From NCBI GenBank assembly GCA_963849325.1, contig CAWKHF010000012.1:992001-1056000 (forward strand): 64,000 nt of DNA. The letters run 5' to 3'. Position numbers and translations under genes: made by a program. The notes below the pieces were generated by a model, which was given only the letters and a program-made list of their open reading frames with translations, was not told the DNA's origin and did no database searches. Within the stretch, counting starts at the first letter, position 1; each line of letters opens with the position of its first letter. Positions 15,635 to 25,458 of the stretch are shown here, in pieces. The stretch is from an uncultured Planctomycetota bacterium (GTDB lineage Bacteria; Planctomycetota; Planctomycetia; Gemmatales; Gemmataceae).

Positions 15635-15691
15635 ATCGGAGCCTGAAGCGTTAGCGAAGGAAAGCCCTTCGCTAACGCTTCAGGCTCCGAT
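15635..15691. repeat. REP-like palindrome, family A
   Basis: ATCGGAGCCTGAAGCGTTAGCGAAGG...CCTTCGCTAACGCTTCAGGCTCCGAT. Confidence 0.92.
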
Positions 15692-15784
15692 TTATACGCT
15701 CTCCGTCCGCACACTTTTCGGGGCACCCTCGCCACGGGTCCATAGAATAACCGGTGATCCCCTTCACCTCCGAGGAGCCTCACC

Positions 15785-17689
15785 GTGGCCAAGAAGAAAC
15801 CCAACCGCAAGGACAGTCGCTCGCGTCGCCGCCCGCCGAGCACGTCCGGCGCGGCATTCGAGATCCCGGACCCGCGAATGCTGGAGCCCCTGCTGCGGAA
15901 GCTAATGGGCGGCATGGCGGGCGAGGCTGAGGCGGATACGCCGGCCGGCCGGGCGCGGCAACTGCTGGAGGAGGCTTACCAACAGCCCTCTTCGGAGGAG
16001 CGCATCGAGTTGGCCCGGCGGGCGCTGACCGTCGATCCGGATTGTGCCGACGCCTACGTCCTGCTGGCCGAGCATGCCTCCCATCGCAAGGAGGTCGCGG
16101 CGCTCTACGAAAAGGCCATGACGGCGGCCGAGCGAACGCTGGGACCGGAGATCTTCCGCGAAGCGGCCGGAGACTTCTGGGGCATCCTCGAAACGCGGCC
16201 GTACATGCGGGCACGACTGGGCCTGGCTCATGCCCTGTGGACCTCGGGCCGGCAGGAGGAGGCCGTCAACCACGCCTGGGACATGCTGCGCCTCAACCCC
16301 GGCGATAACCAGGGCGTTCGCTACACCCTCGCCGGTTGGCTGCTCAACCTCGACCGCGACGACGACCTGGCCCGCTTGCTGGACCAGTACGAGGACGAGG
16401 GGTCGGCGACGTGGGCGTACACCCTCGCCCTGCTCGCCTTCCGTCGCCACGGCGACACGCCCGAAAACCGCAAGCTGCTCAAGGACGCGAAGAAGACCAA
16501 CAAGCACGTCCCCGACTATCTGCTGGGTCAGAAGCGCCTCCCCGACCGTCCGCCCGCGTCCTACTCGCCGGGCGCGGCGAGTGAGGCGATCGAATACGCC
16601 GGCAGCTTCCTGGCGCCGTGGCGGCTCACGGCCGGCGCGCTGGACTGGCTGCGCGAGACGACAAGCACGCGGAAGAAACGGACGACCACTCCGCGAGGAC
16701 CGACGCCGCTGCTCGTGGCGCGGCTGAAACGTCTGCCGCGGCGCAGCGACACCTGGCAGGCCGATTGCCGTCCGCTGCCGACGTTCATCAAGGACGGAAG
16801 CGGCCCGCCCGTGCGGCCGTGGATCATTCTGGTCGTCAGCGTCGGGCAAGAACTCATCCTGGGCCAGCGACTCATCGAAGAACAGCCCACCTCCGAGCAA
16901 CTGTGGGACGCGCTGGCGGAAGCCATGCAAAAGCCCCTCATGGGCGACAAGCAGCGGCCCTCCGAACTGCAGGTACGCGCCGGCGTCGGCTGGGAAGACT
17001 TGCATTCGACGCTCGAAGACCTTGGCATCCGCCCGGTGACGGAAGAAACGCTGCGACCGATCGACACCATCGTCGGCCACCTGGCGCAGTCGGTGGGCGG
17101 CGAGCCGCCGGGCCTCGTGGAGGTCCCCGGCGTGACGCTGGAACAGATAGGCCGGTTTTACGAGGCGGCCGCCGAGTTCTACCAGCAGGCGCCGTGGCGC
17201 CGACTCGGTTACGAGAACGCCGTCCGCATCGAGTGCCCGGCGATCGAGGGTGGTCCCTGGTTCGCCGTCCTCATGGGACAGTCCGGTCTGACGATGGGCG
17301 TGGCCCTCTATGAAGACCTGAACCTCCTGAAGCGCCTGTGGGCCGACGACCTTTCCGACGAGGAAAACGCCGAGCTGAGTGTGGCGACGACCGTCACGTT
17401 TGGCGATGCGGACGAAATCCCCCTGACGGAGTTGGAGGCAGGCCGGCAGCACGGCTGGCGCGTAGCCCGCCCGGACGCCTACCCGTCGATTTTCCACAAG
17501 GATCGCGGCCTGTCGATGCGTCCGCCCACGACGCAGGAGCTGGAGTTGGCGGAGGCGTGCCTGCGCGCCCTGCCCGGTTTCGTCAAGCGGCGCCGCCAGG
17601 ACGACACCACGCCGGAGGACATCACCGTGCCCACGGCGGTGGGGGAGCGGACCCTGACGCTATCGTGGGTGCAGACGGAAGGAACGTAA
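15785..17689 (+). CDS. TPR-containing protein (ST7-like N-terminus) with a C-terminal region of unknown function
   Basis: PDCADAYVLLAE, FWGILETRPYMRAR, LRLNPGDNQGVRY; GTG start with GAGGAG RBS. Confidence 0.8.
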   Translation: MAKKKPNRKDSRSRRRPPSTSGAAFEIPDPRMLEPLLRKLMGGMAGEAEADTPAGRARQLLEEAYQQPSSEERIELARRALTVDPDCADAYVLLAEHASHRKEVAALYEKAMTAAERTLGPEIFREAAGDFWGILETRPYMRARLGLAHALWTSGRQEEAVNHAWDMLRLNPGDNQGVRYTLAGWLLNLDRDDDLARLLDQYEDEGSATWAYTLALLAFRRHGDTPENRKLLKDAKKTNKHVPDYLLGQKRLPDRPPASYSPGAASEAIEYAGSFLAPWRLTAGALDWLRETTSTRKKRTTTPRGPTPLLVARLKRLPRRSDTWQADCRPLPTFIKDGSGPPVRPWIILVVSVGQELILGQRLIEEQPTSEQLWDALAEAMQKPLMGDKQRPSELQVRAGVGWEDLHSTLEDLGIRPVTEETLRPIDTIVGHLAQSVGGEPPGLVEVPGVTLEQIGRFYEAAAEFYQQAPWRRLGYENAVRIECPAIEGGPWFAVLMGQSGLTMGVALYEDLNLLKRLWADDLSDEENAELSVATTVTFGDADEIPLTELEAGRQHGWRVARPDAYPSIFHKDRGLSMRPPTTQELELAEACLRALPGFVKRRRQDDTTPEDITVPTAVGERTLTLSWVQTEGT

Positions 17690-17699
17690 AGGTGCCGTC

Positions 17700-19691
17700 A
17701 TGACGATCCCTGCCTGCTCGGCGAGGTCCATCCTCGTCGTTTGTTTGCTCGTGGGTCTGTCCCCCGCGACGTGCGAGGCGAAAGAATCGCCGGCCGAATG
17801 GACGAAGGCCGAGCGTCAACCACCGCCGACAGCGGCGGAAACCCGCGCTTTCATGAAACGCCTGCTCCAGTACGTCCACGACCACCATCTCAAGAAGGAC
17901 GATAAGTCGGAACAGCGTGGCATGGTCTACGAATACTTCGACACCACTCGCGCCGGTTCGTTCGATCAGTGGGTGCAGGGCGAAGCGCTGGACACGATGC
18001 ACGACGGCGCCTGGCTGGCCGCCGCGATGGTCAACGCCTACCGCGCGACCGGCGAGGCCGCTTACAAGGAGTTCCTCATCCGCTGGCAGCTGCCATTCTA
18101 TGGCAAGATGCTCAATCACAGCGACCGGCTCTTCTCCGCCAAGCGTAATGACGGCCGGCCGGGAGCGCACCACTTCGACCGCGAACACGCCTTCCAAGAA
18201 GGAGAAAAAGGTTTCGTGCCCTACTGGTGGGACGACGGCGCCTCGGTCAGTCTCGAACGCCGGCGCGAGCGGAACGCGCTGGGTCCGTTCGCCTGCACCG
18301 ACCGGCTCGCCGGCAAGCCCAACGCCAAGTTTCTCCTCGACGGCTACTCGCACGGCTCCTCCAATCACATGGCCCAGGATCTTGGCGTCATGCTGGAGCT
18401 GGCTTGGCTGCTGTTGCGTGACGCGAAGGAACCCGCCGAGAAGAAGCTCGCCGCGGAAATGGCCGAGGCCGCGAAGAACCTGCACGAGTGCCGCATGCGC
18501 CACCACGGTCCCATCCCCATGTGCGACGCCCCCGCCGCCCTCGCCCTCGGCGATGCCGCCCTCCTGAAGTTCGTCCCCGATGCAAACAACGCCGCGAAGC
18601 TCGACAATCACTATTCCCGTGCCCTGTACGATTTCAAACCCGGCCAGCGGCAGGCGTTCCCCGGTTTCGCCGACGAACAGGAGTATCATTATTACTTCGG
18701 CATCGCCCGTCACGGCGGACAATTGCCGCGCCCGCTCGCCTTCCGCATGATCTATGATGCCTACACGGAACCTCTGCTTTATCGCTATTACTCCGATGAT
18801 GCTGATGTGCCGGCGGGGATCAATCGCTTCGATCTGCACCTCTATTTCGCCGTGGACGGCCGGCTGCTCGATTATCGCTCTGATCGCAAGGGACCGGGTG
18901 GCAAGCCGCGACCCATCGGCTCGCGCATGGGTCCGCAAAACATGATCTGCTGCGGCTGGGCGTTGCAAGCGCTGCGGGCCTATCCGGGCATCTGGGAGGA
19001 ACGCTGCCGCCGCGATTTCTCCAAGGACGTGCGCGTGTACCTCGATGATCGGCTGCCGGGCGGCTCCCTCGACACCGCGCCGGCGGCGACCCTGCAGCTT
19101 GGTCCCGCGAAGCTGGATTTGCTCGGTACACGGAACGCCCTGCGCATCAAGGGGCAGGTCCAGGGCGACGCTGTCACCCTCCAGCTATTCAGCCGGCCCG
19201 ACGGCCAGGGTAGTCACGCCGTCGTGAGTCTGCGCAAAGACAGGATCAATCAGGCCGTCAACGACCGCGGCGAAACGCTGCACGCCCGGATCGACATCAC
19301 TCCTACGGACGACGGCTTCCGGTTCGAGCTAGAGCTGCCTTACGGCGTCGTCAAGGGGCAGAAGTTCTGGGCCAACGGCATCGAGCACGGCCGGTATTCC
19401 GTGCAGGCGGGAGAGGAGCGGCGGAATTTCTACCTCGCCAGTCCCGAGAAGCAGGTGAAGGCGCGGCTGGAGCACGAATTGGCCGGCGGTCTGCGCACCT
19501 GGGAGGCGATTTTCAACCAGTTCGGTTACATTCCGACCGGGATCGGGGCCGGCGCGGACTGGGACCGTTTCTCCGACAGCGGCGGTTATGCTCACCTGCT
19601 CGGCGCGGCGGCGCAGTGGCTGTTCGTGCTGGACGGCAAGAGAGATTGGCAACAGCATGGCATTCCGGCGCTGCGCCCATCCGGCAAGTAA
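17700..19691 (+). CDS. Secreted hypothetical protein (probably helical-toroid, glycoside-hydrolase-like)
   Basis: 663-aa intact ORF with signal peptide and strong codon bias; fold is a guess. Confidence 0.7.
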   Translation: MTIPACSARSILVVCLLVGLSPATCEAKESPAEWTKAERQPPPTAAETRAFMKRLLQYVHDHHLKKDDKSEQRGMVYEYFDTTRAGSFDQWVQGEALDTMHDGAWLAAAMVNAYRATGEAAYKEFLIRWQLPFYGKMLNHSDRLFSAKRNDGRPGAHHFDREHAFQEGEKGFVPYWWDDGASVSLERRRERNALGPFACTDRLAGKPNAKFLLDGYSHGSSNHMAQDLGVMLELAWLLLRDAKEPAEKKLAAEMAEAAKNLHECRMRHHGPIPMCDAPAALALGDAALLKFVPDANNAAKLDNHYSRALYDFKPGQRQAFPGFADEQEYHYYFGIARHGGQLPRPLAFRMIYDAYTEPLLYRYYSDDADVPAGINRFDLHLYFAVDGRLLDYRSDRKGPGGKPRPIGSRMGPQNMICCGWALQALRAYPGIWEERCRRDFSKDVRVYLDDRLPGGSLDTAPAATLQLGPAKLDLLGTRNALRIKGQVQGDAVTLQLFSRPDGQGSHAVVSLRKDRINQAVNDRGETLHARIDITPTDDGFRFELELPYGVVKGQKFWANGIEHGRYSVQAGEERRNFYLASPEKQVKARLEHELAGGLRTWEAIFNQFGYIPTGIGAGADWDRFSDSGGYAHLLGAAAQWLFVLDGKRDWQQHGIPALRPSGK

Positions 19692-19809
19692 GATCCTCCA
19701 CCACGGATAACACGGATAACACGGATAAGAAAAGCAGAGAGACAACGGTCCATCCACTATCGGTATTTTCCTATCCGTTTTATCCGTGTTATCCGTGGTG
19801 GAGGATCTT
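19690..19809. repeat. Fold-back element built from tandem CACGGATAA nonamers (family E)
   Basis: AAGATCCTCCACCACGGATAACACGGATAA...TTATCCGTGTTATCCGTGGTGGAGGATCTT between convergent genes. Confidence 0.9.
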
Positions 19810-19840
19810 TCTTGACGGAGTAATATTTGGGACGGTCCCA

Positions 19841-20344
19841 TCACTCCGTGATGCCCGGAGAGGTTACGTCCAGTTCGCCGGAGCGGTGGAGGAAGACGAA
19901 TGGTTGATTGCCAATGCGAATCTCGTCGCCGGACTGGAGAGGAGTAGGGCCGGACAGGCGGGCGCCGTTGAGGTACGTCCCGTTCTTCGACGCCGTGTCG
20001 TGCAGCTCGCAGCGGTTGTTGACGTGAACCAGGATGGCACAGTGACGGCGCGACGCATGGGCGTCCTCGACCACCACGTCGTTGTCGCCGGATCGACCGA
20101 GTGTGTTGACACCGACCGAAAGAGGATAGAGGAAATCTCCGTCCAGCAGCCAGCACGTAAACGTGCTTTCGGCCGTACCATCTTGCCTGGGGATGAGGGT
20201 GTGTCCGAAGGAGCGCGAATCGCCGTCGCGGCCGGCGCCGATCGTTTGACAGCCGCGACCGCGCAGCAAGTCGTCCCGGGCGCGGCGATACTCCTGGCGC
20301 CGCGCCGGCTCCAGATGCACACTATTCAGGCGAGGGTCGGCCAT
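19841..20344 (-). CDS. FHA domain-containing protein
   Basis: GVNTLGRSGDND, ASRRHC, DTASKNGTYLNG, LQSGDEIRIG. Confidence 0.9.
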   Translation of the reverse strand: MADPRLNSVHLEPARRQEYRRARDDLLRGRGCQTIGAGRDGDSRSFGHTLIPRQDGTAESTFTCWLLDGDFLYPLSVGVNTLGRSGDNDVVVEDAHASRRHCAILVHVNNRCELHDTASKNGTYLNGARLSGPTPLQSGDEIRIGNQPFVFLHRSGELDVTSPGITE

Positions 20345-20396
20345 GACGGAGGTTGCCTGGACGATTCGAGAAGAGTTTTCGCGTACTCTCCCTCCA

Positions 20397-20424
20397 ATGC
20401 TAGTCCGATCTCTCCCGCCGTCAA
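20397..20424 (-). promoter_or_regulatory. Candidate sigma70 promoter of the FHA gene
   Basis: TTGACG-16 nt-TAGCAT on the minus strand, preceded by a long pyrimidine/T-rich tract. Confidence 0.45.
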
Positions 20425-20497
20425 CAAAAAAAGAAGAGAAAGAGCGAAAAGAGAGATAAGAAAGAGTGCCGCCGGCCGCAAGGAGAGAAAAGGCCCC

Positions 20498-20980
20498 CTA
20501 CGAGGTCGAGGAGATGTCGAGGATCTCGTAGCGCAGATTGCCGCGCGGCACCTTGATGATGGCGATGTCGCCGCACTTCTTGCCGAGCAGACCCTGGCCG
20601 CGCGGGCTGGTGGTGAGGATCTTGTTGTTGTCGTAATCTTCCTCGCCGGGACCGACCAGATCGTAAACCTCTTCCTCGCCGGAGTCGAGATCCTTGATGC
20701 GCACGCGCGTGCCGAAGACGACGGTATCGGAGGGCAGGCTGCTGCGATCGACGATGTAGGCGCGGGCCAGCTTGTCCTTGAGAGCATCAATGCGCGCTTG
20801 CAACATGCCCTGGTCCTCGCGGGCAGCGTGGTACTCGGCGTTCTCGCTGAGGTCGCCCATCTCGCGGGCGGTGGCGATGCGCTTGGCGACCTCCAACATC
20901 TCCACGTGCTGCATGCGGTCCAGGTCGGCCTTGAGCTTCTCGTAGCCTTCTCTCGTCATCGGGACGCGATCGTTCGGCAT
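20498..20980 (-). CDS. greA: Transcription elongation factor GreA
   Basis: PMTREGYEKL, GDLSENAEYHAA, SPRGQGLLGK. Confidence 0.95.
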   Translation of the reverse strand: MPNDRVPMTREGYEKLKADLDRMQHVEMLEVAKRIATAREMGDLSENAEYHAAREDQGMLQARIDALKDKLARAYIVDRSSLPSDTVVFGTRVRIKDLDSGEEEVYDLVGPGEEDYDNNKILTTSPRGQGLLGKKCGDIAIIKVPRGNLRYEILDISSTS

Positions 20981-21091
20981 GGCCATTCGTTCCTGTTCAA
21001 AAGGCGTCCAGTCACGGGGCACGACGCGCCCCAACGACACAGAAATATCTTGGCTCTCCGCCTTCGGCTTGTAAAGGTCGATTCGCCGTCC

Positions 21092-22175
21092 TCACGGCGT
21101 CCAATCCATCTGCGGCGTGACTGTCAGGCAGAACTCCGCCAGCAGCCGAGCGGCGCGGTCGAGGTCATCAAGGCAGACTACCTCAACCGGGCTGTGCATG
21201 TAGCGATTGGGAATGCTGACCAGGGCGGTCGCCACGCCCTCGCGGCAAAGCTGGATGGCGTTGGCGTCGGTGCCGGTGGCGCGCGGCGCTCCACGCACCT
21301 GTACCGGGATGTCATGTTGTTTGGCCGTCTCCTCCAAGCGCTCCAGCACGCGCGGATTGATGTTCGGTCCACGGAAGAGCACGGGACCATTGCCCAGGCG
21401 CACGTCGCCCAGCTGTTTCTTGTCGTTGCCCGGCGTGTCGGTGGCGTGGGTCACGTCCACGGCGATGCCCACCGTTGGGTGAATGCCGTAACTGCTGGTG
21501 TGCGCCCCGCGCAGGCCGATCTCTTCCTGCACAGTGGACACGCAGAAGACGGCGGCGTGCAGCGGTTGGCCGTGCAGCAGCCGCAGTGCCTCCATCACCG
21601 TCCACAGGCCAACCTTGTCGTCCATGCCGGGAGAGACGGCCAGCCCGTTCCGCAGCGGTCGATAACCCAGGGCGAACGTCACCGGATCGCCGGACGTCAC
21701 CAATTCCTCGGCCTCCTTGCGATCGCGGACGCCGATGTCCACCCAGACCTCGGTGAAAGGCCGGCACCTTGTTGCGCTCCTCGCTGGTCATCAGGTGCGG
21801 CGCCCGACGGGACACGACGCCGGCGACCGCTCCCTGGCGCGTCCACACGGTCAGGTTCTGGCCGAGCAGGATCTGCATGTCCCAGCCGCCGATCGGCTGC
21901 ACGTACAGGAAACCGTTGTCGTCGATGTGCTGCACCATCAGGCCGATCTGATCGCAATGGCCGGCCAGCATGATGCGCGGCGGCCGATCGCCCGTCGCGG
22001 CGTGCTCGCCACTGGGATGGCGGATGGCCAGGACGTTGCCGTGACGGTCGGTGCGCACCTCGTCGGCGTAGTCGCGCGCCCAGGCACGCACCACGTCCTG
22101 CACAGGCCGTTCGTAGCCGGAAGGACTGGGGGTTTCGAGAAGTTGTTGAAGGAAGGCGTGGGAGTGCTCGTGCAT
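21092..22175 (-). CDS. M42-family metallopeptidase (one frameshift near 21760)
   Basis: PSPSGYE, LAGHCDQIG, DDKVG, TVQEEIG, GTDA, PNRYMHSPVE. Confidence 0.9.
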
Positions 22176-22200
22176 TCCGGAATGATCTCCTGAAGTTTCG

Positions 22201-22231
22201 CCGCTTGCGCTCAGCGCTAAGCCGCCAGCGG
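22201..22231. repeat. Short family-C hairpin
   Basis: CCGCTTGCGCTCAGCGCTAAGCCGCCAGCGG resembles 13667-13688. Confidence 0.5.
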
Positions 22232-22340
22232 CCATTCGCGTTCATTGTATCTCGCCATCTCCAGTCCGTCTTTTTCCTTTACCGCCTCTTCGGGTATATT
22301 GCCGAGAGAGGTCGGACCCACACCCTTAGGCTAACCCACC

Positions 22341-24172
22341 ATGTTCCTCTTGACCTTCGACTTCGACGTGGTCGTCGTCGGCGCCGGCCACGCCGGCATC
22401 GAGGCGGCCCTGGCCGCCGCCCGGCTCGGCCTGCGCACCGCGCTGTTGACCATGAACGCCGACGCCGTGGCGCAGATGAGCTGCAACCCGGCCATCGGCG
22501 GCGTCGCCAAGGGCCAGATCGTCCGCGAGATCGACGCCCTCGGCGGCGAGATGGGCAAGGTGATCGACGCCAGCGCCATCCAGTTTCGCATGCTCAACCG
22601 CACCAAGGGGCCGGCCATGCACTCGCCGCGCGCCCAGGCGGACAAGAAGCTGTACCAGTTCACCATGAAGCACCGCGTCGAGGCGCAGCCGAACCTGACG
22701 CTGCGCCAGGAGATGGTCGAAGGACTGGTACTGACGAAGCAGGCGGCGACGGAAGCGGCGTACCGCGTGGACGGCGTCGTCGCCCGCGGCGAGACGCTCT
22801 ATCGCGCCAAGGCGGTGGTGCTGACGACCGGCACCTTCCTCAAGGCGATCATGCACACCGGCGAGGCCAAGACGCGCGGCGGCCGCGCCGGCGACGGCAC
22901 CGCCGAGGCGCTCAGCGACAGCCTCGCCGGCTGCGGTTTCGAGCTGGCCCGCTTCAAGACCGGCACCCCCTGCCGCCTCAACGGCCGGACCATCGACTTC
23001 GTCCAGACGCGAGCGCCAGCCCGGCGACGACGAGCCGCGGCCGTTCAGCTTCGCCACCGAGCGCATCACCCAGCCGCAGATGGATTGCCACATCACCTAC
23101 ACCAACGAGGCCGTCCACGACCTCATCCGCGCCAACCTGCACCGGGCGCCGATGTACTCCGGCCAGATCCACGGCCGCGGGCCGCGCTACTGTCCCTCCG
23201 TCGAGGACAAGGTCGTCCGCTTCGCCGACAAGGACCGCCACCAGATCTTCCTCGAACCGGAAGGCCGCAACACTCTGGAGTATTACTGCAACGGCATCAG
23301 CACCAGCCTGCCCAAGGACGTGCAGCAGGGGATGCTCCGCCTCATCCCCGGCCTGGAGAACGCCGAGGTGCTGCGCTGGGGCTACGCCGTCGAGTACGAC
23401 TACGCCCCGCCGACGCAGCTGCAGCCGACGCTGGAGACGAAGCCCGTCGCCGGCCTGTACTTCGCCGGCCAGATCAACGGCACGACCGGCTACGAGGAGG
23501 CCGCCGCCCAGGGACTGATGGCCGGCATCAACGCCGCCCTGAAGATCAAGGGCGAACCGCCGCTGGTCCTCGACCGCAGCCAGGCGTACATCGGCGTCCT
23601 CATCGACGACCTCGTGACCAAGGGCGTCGATGAGCCGTACCGCATGTTCACCAGCCGGGCCGAGTACCGCCTGCTGCTGCGGCACGACAACGCCGACCGC
23701 CGCCTGACGCCGCTGGGCCGCCGCGTCGGCCTGGTAACGGACGAGGCCTGGGACCGCTTGCAGCGCAAGGAGTCGCCATCGCCGACGCTGACGGATTACC
23801 TTGCAGGGCCATCGGCACGGCGACGCCACGCTGGAACAGTGGCTGCGCCGCACCGAAGTCGATTGGCCGCGAATCGTCGCCATGGAGCCAGGCGTGCAAG
23901 CACTGGGTACGCCGCTCGACGCTCTGGAACAGGTGGTGCTGGAGGCGAAGTATTCCGGCTACATCCACCGGCAGGCGGAGCAGGTCGAGCGGTTTCAGCG
24001 GCTGGAGTCGCGGCCGATCCCGGCCCACTTCGATTACGCGGCCGTGCCGCAGCTCCGTGCCGAGGCCCGCGAGAAGCTCGGCCGCGTTCGTCCCGCGAAT
24101 CTCGGCCAGGCCAGCCGCATCAGCGGCATCAGTCCGGCCGACCTGGCGGTCCTGCTGATCTATCTGGATTGA
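22341..24172 (+). CDS. mnmG: tRNA uridine 5-carboxymethylaminomethyl modification enzyme (two frameshifts)
   Basis: [79 protein letters not shown]. Confidence 0.96.
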
Positions 24173-24433
24173 CAGGTGGTCGAGGTCTTGCGGTCTCGGA
24201 CCTGGCCGGAGCCGGCAATCTGGAGAAGAGGACGCAATGGGCGAGCCTTGGCGCTCCGATAAAGAGAGAGAAGCAAATGCGAGAACCAAAGAGAGAAGGG
24301 CTGGATAAAGTAGTGGGATCGTGGAATAATAGCAGAAAGGAGAACTTTTACCGTCTGCGTAGGATTTGCGTGTTGTGCGGAGGAAGTACGGGTAATCTAA
24401 GGGGTTAGAGCGAAGGCTGAGGGACGATTCGCG

Positions 24434-24461
24434 TTGACACGCTTCACAAGTTGGTTATAAT
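24434..24461 (+). promoter_or_regulatory. Consensus sigma70 promoter
   Basis: TTGACA (24434-24439), 16 nt, TATAAT (24456-24461): perfect hexamers in a high-GC genome. Confidence 0.85.
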
Positions 24462-24467
24462 CGCGGT

Positions 24468-24785
24468 TGTTGGCAAGATTGGCAATCCCCCTCCGGACTG
24501 AATCGGCACCAATCGTACGCGGGGTGGCTCAAGGCCACGGGTTCACACCTTGAGGAAACGGGCGCCGAGTCTATCGTTCGCTGACGCAAGTCGGCGGACG
24601 GTTGAACCAATCAACCACGACTACCGAGAACAACGCGCTGGCGGATCCGGCACGGACCGTGGCGTTGCTTGACGGATGGGCAAGAGGCAGATCAGGGATG
24701 ATACCGGCCTCTGGGCCTCTACGGAAAGAGGCCCGGGACTCCACTCGTGCGACTGGCCATGCGCCAGTAAGGGATGGATGAACGC
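24468..24785 (+). ncRNA. Putative structured 5' leader RNA / ncRNA of unknown family
   Basis: At least seven stems including an 11-bp stem with two G-U pairs and a GCAA loop, an AUCA-GGGA-UGAU hairpin and a candidate pseudoknot; no sizeable ORF on this strand. Confidence 0.55.
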
Positions 24786-25370
24786 ATGAAAACTGTTTTC
24801 ACGACCGGCGAAGCCGCCAAAATCTGCAAGGTCAGTCAGCAGACCATCATCCGTTGCTTCGACAACGGACAGCTCAAGGGCTTCCGCGTGCCCGGCTCGC
24901 GCTTCCGGCGCATCCCGCGCGAGGCTCTGTACAAGTTCATGAAGGACAACGGCATCCCGACCGACGCCCTGGAGAGCGGCAAGCGCAAGGTGCTGCTCGT
25001 GGACGACGACGCCGAGTTGGTCGATCTGATGACCAAGGTCCTCGACGAGGACGGCCGTTTCGAGGTGCGCATCGCCTCCAACGGCTTCGACGCCGGCATG
25101 ATGGTCAAGGAGTATCGTCCCGACATCATCGTCCTGGACGTGATGCTGCCGGACATCAACGGCAAGGAAGTCTGCCACCGCGTCCGCGCCGACACGACCC
25201 TGGAAGACGTGCGCATCCTGTGCATCACCGGCATGATCGAGGAAGACAAGATCCAGGAACTGCGCCTGGCCGGCGCCGACAAGTTCCTGCACAAGCCGTT
25301 CGACATCGAAGAGCTGATCGACGAGATGTGCGCGTTGCTGGAGATCGAGCCGGCCTCGACGCCGGCCTAG
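24786..25370 (+). CDS. Response regulator with N-terminal excisionase/MerR-like HTH and C-terminal receiver domain
   Basis: MKTVFTTGEAAKICKVSQQTIIRCFD..GSRFRRIPR; receiver VLLVDDD, IVLDVMLP, CITG, FLHKPF. Confidence 0.92.
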   Translation: MKTVFTTGEAAKICKVSQQTIIRCFDNGQLKGFRVPGSRFRRIPREALYKFMKDNGIPTDALESGKRKVLLVDDDAELVDLMTKVLDEDGRFEVRIASNGFDAGMMVKEYRPDIIVLDVMLPDINGKEVCHRVRADTTLEDVRILCITGMIEEDKIQELRLAGADKFLHKPFDIEELIDEMCALLEIEPASTPA

Positions 25371-25386
25371 AAGCGATTTCCTGACC

Positions 25387-25451
25387 CTGAGCGGGGGGGC
25401 GTCAGCCCCCTGAGCGGATCGAACCTCAGGGGGCTGACGCCCCCCGCTCAG
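25387..25451. repeat. Nested palindrome (GGGGGCGTCAGCCCCC family)
   Basis: CTGAGCGGGGGGGCGTCAGCCCCCTGAG...CTCAGGGGGCTGACGCCCCCCGCTCAG. Confidence 0.85.
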
Positions 25452-25458
25452 AGTTCCC

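Noticed and set aside
19690-19809. CACGGATAA arrays (also 32216 and 53050) as CRISPR arrays
   Set aside because: 9-nt units without spacers, arranged as inverted arms; no cas genes
20425-20470. Purine-rich tracts (also about 10060-10100 and 24255-24345) as microsatellites or foreign DNA
   Set aside because: No periodic unit; they lie upstream of promoters and are most simply AT-rich promoter-upstream sequence
19616-21973. Long antisense or alternate-frame ORFs (for example 19616-21973 +, 15902-17497 -, 7804-9168 +, 26570-28153 -, 32018-33640 +)
   Set aside because: Shadow ORFs opposite or overlapping well-supported genes, expected at high GC; no recognisable motifs
24468-24785. Leader as tmRNA, RNase P, SRP RNA, or a c-di-AMP or c-di-GMP riboswitch
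   Set aside because: Only partial look-alikes (CTGAATC, GGGGTGG, GAGGAAA); no tRNA-like ends, GAGGAAAGUCC, SRP loop or the required 3' aptamer motifs
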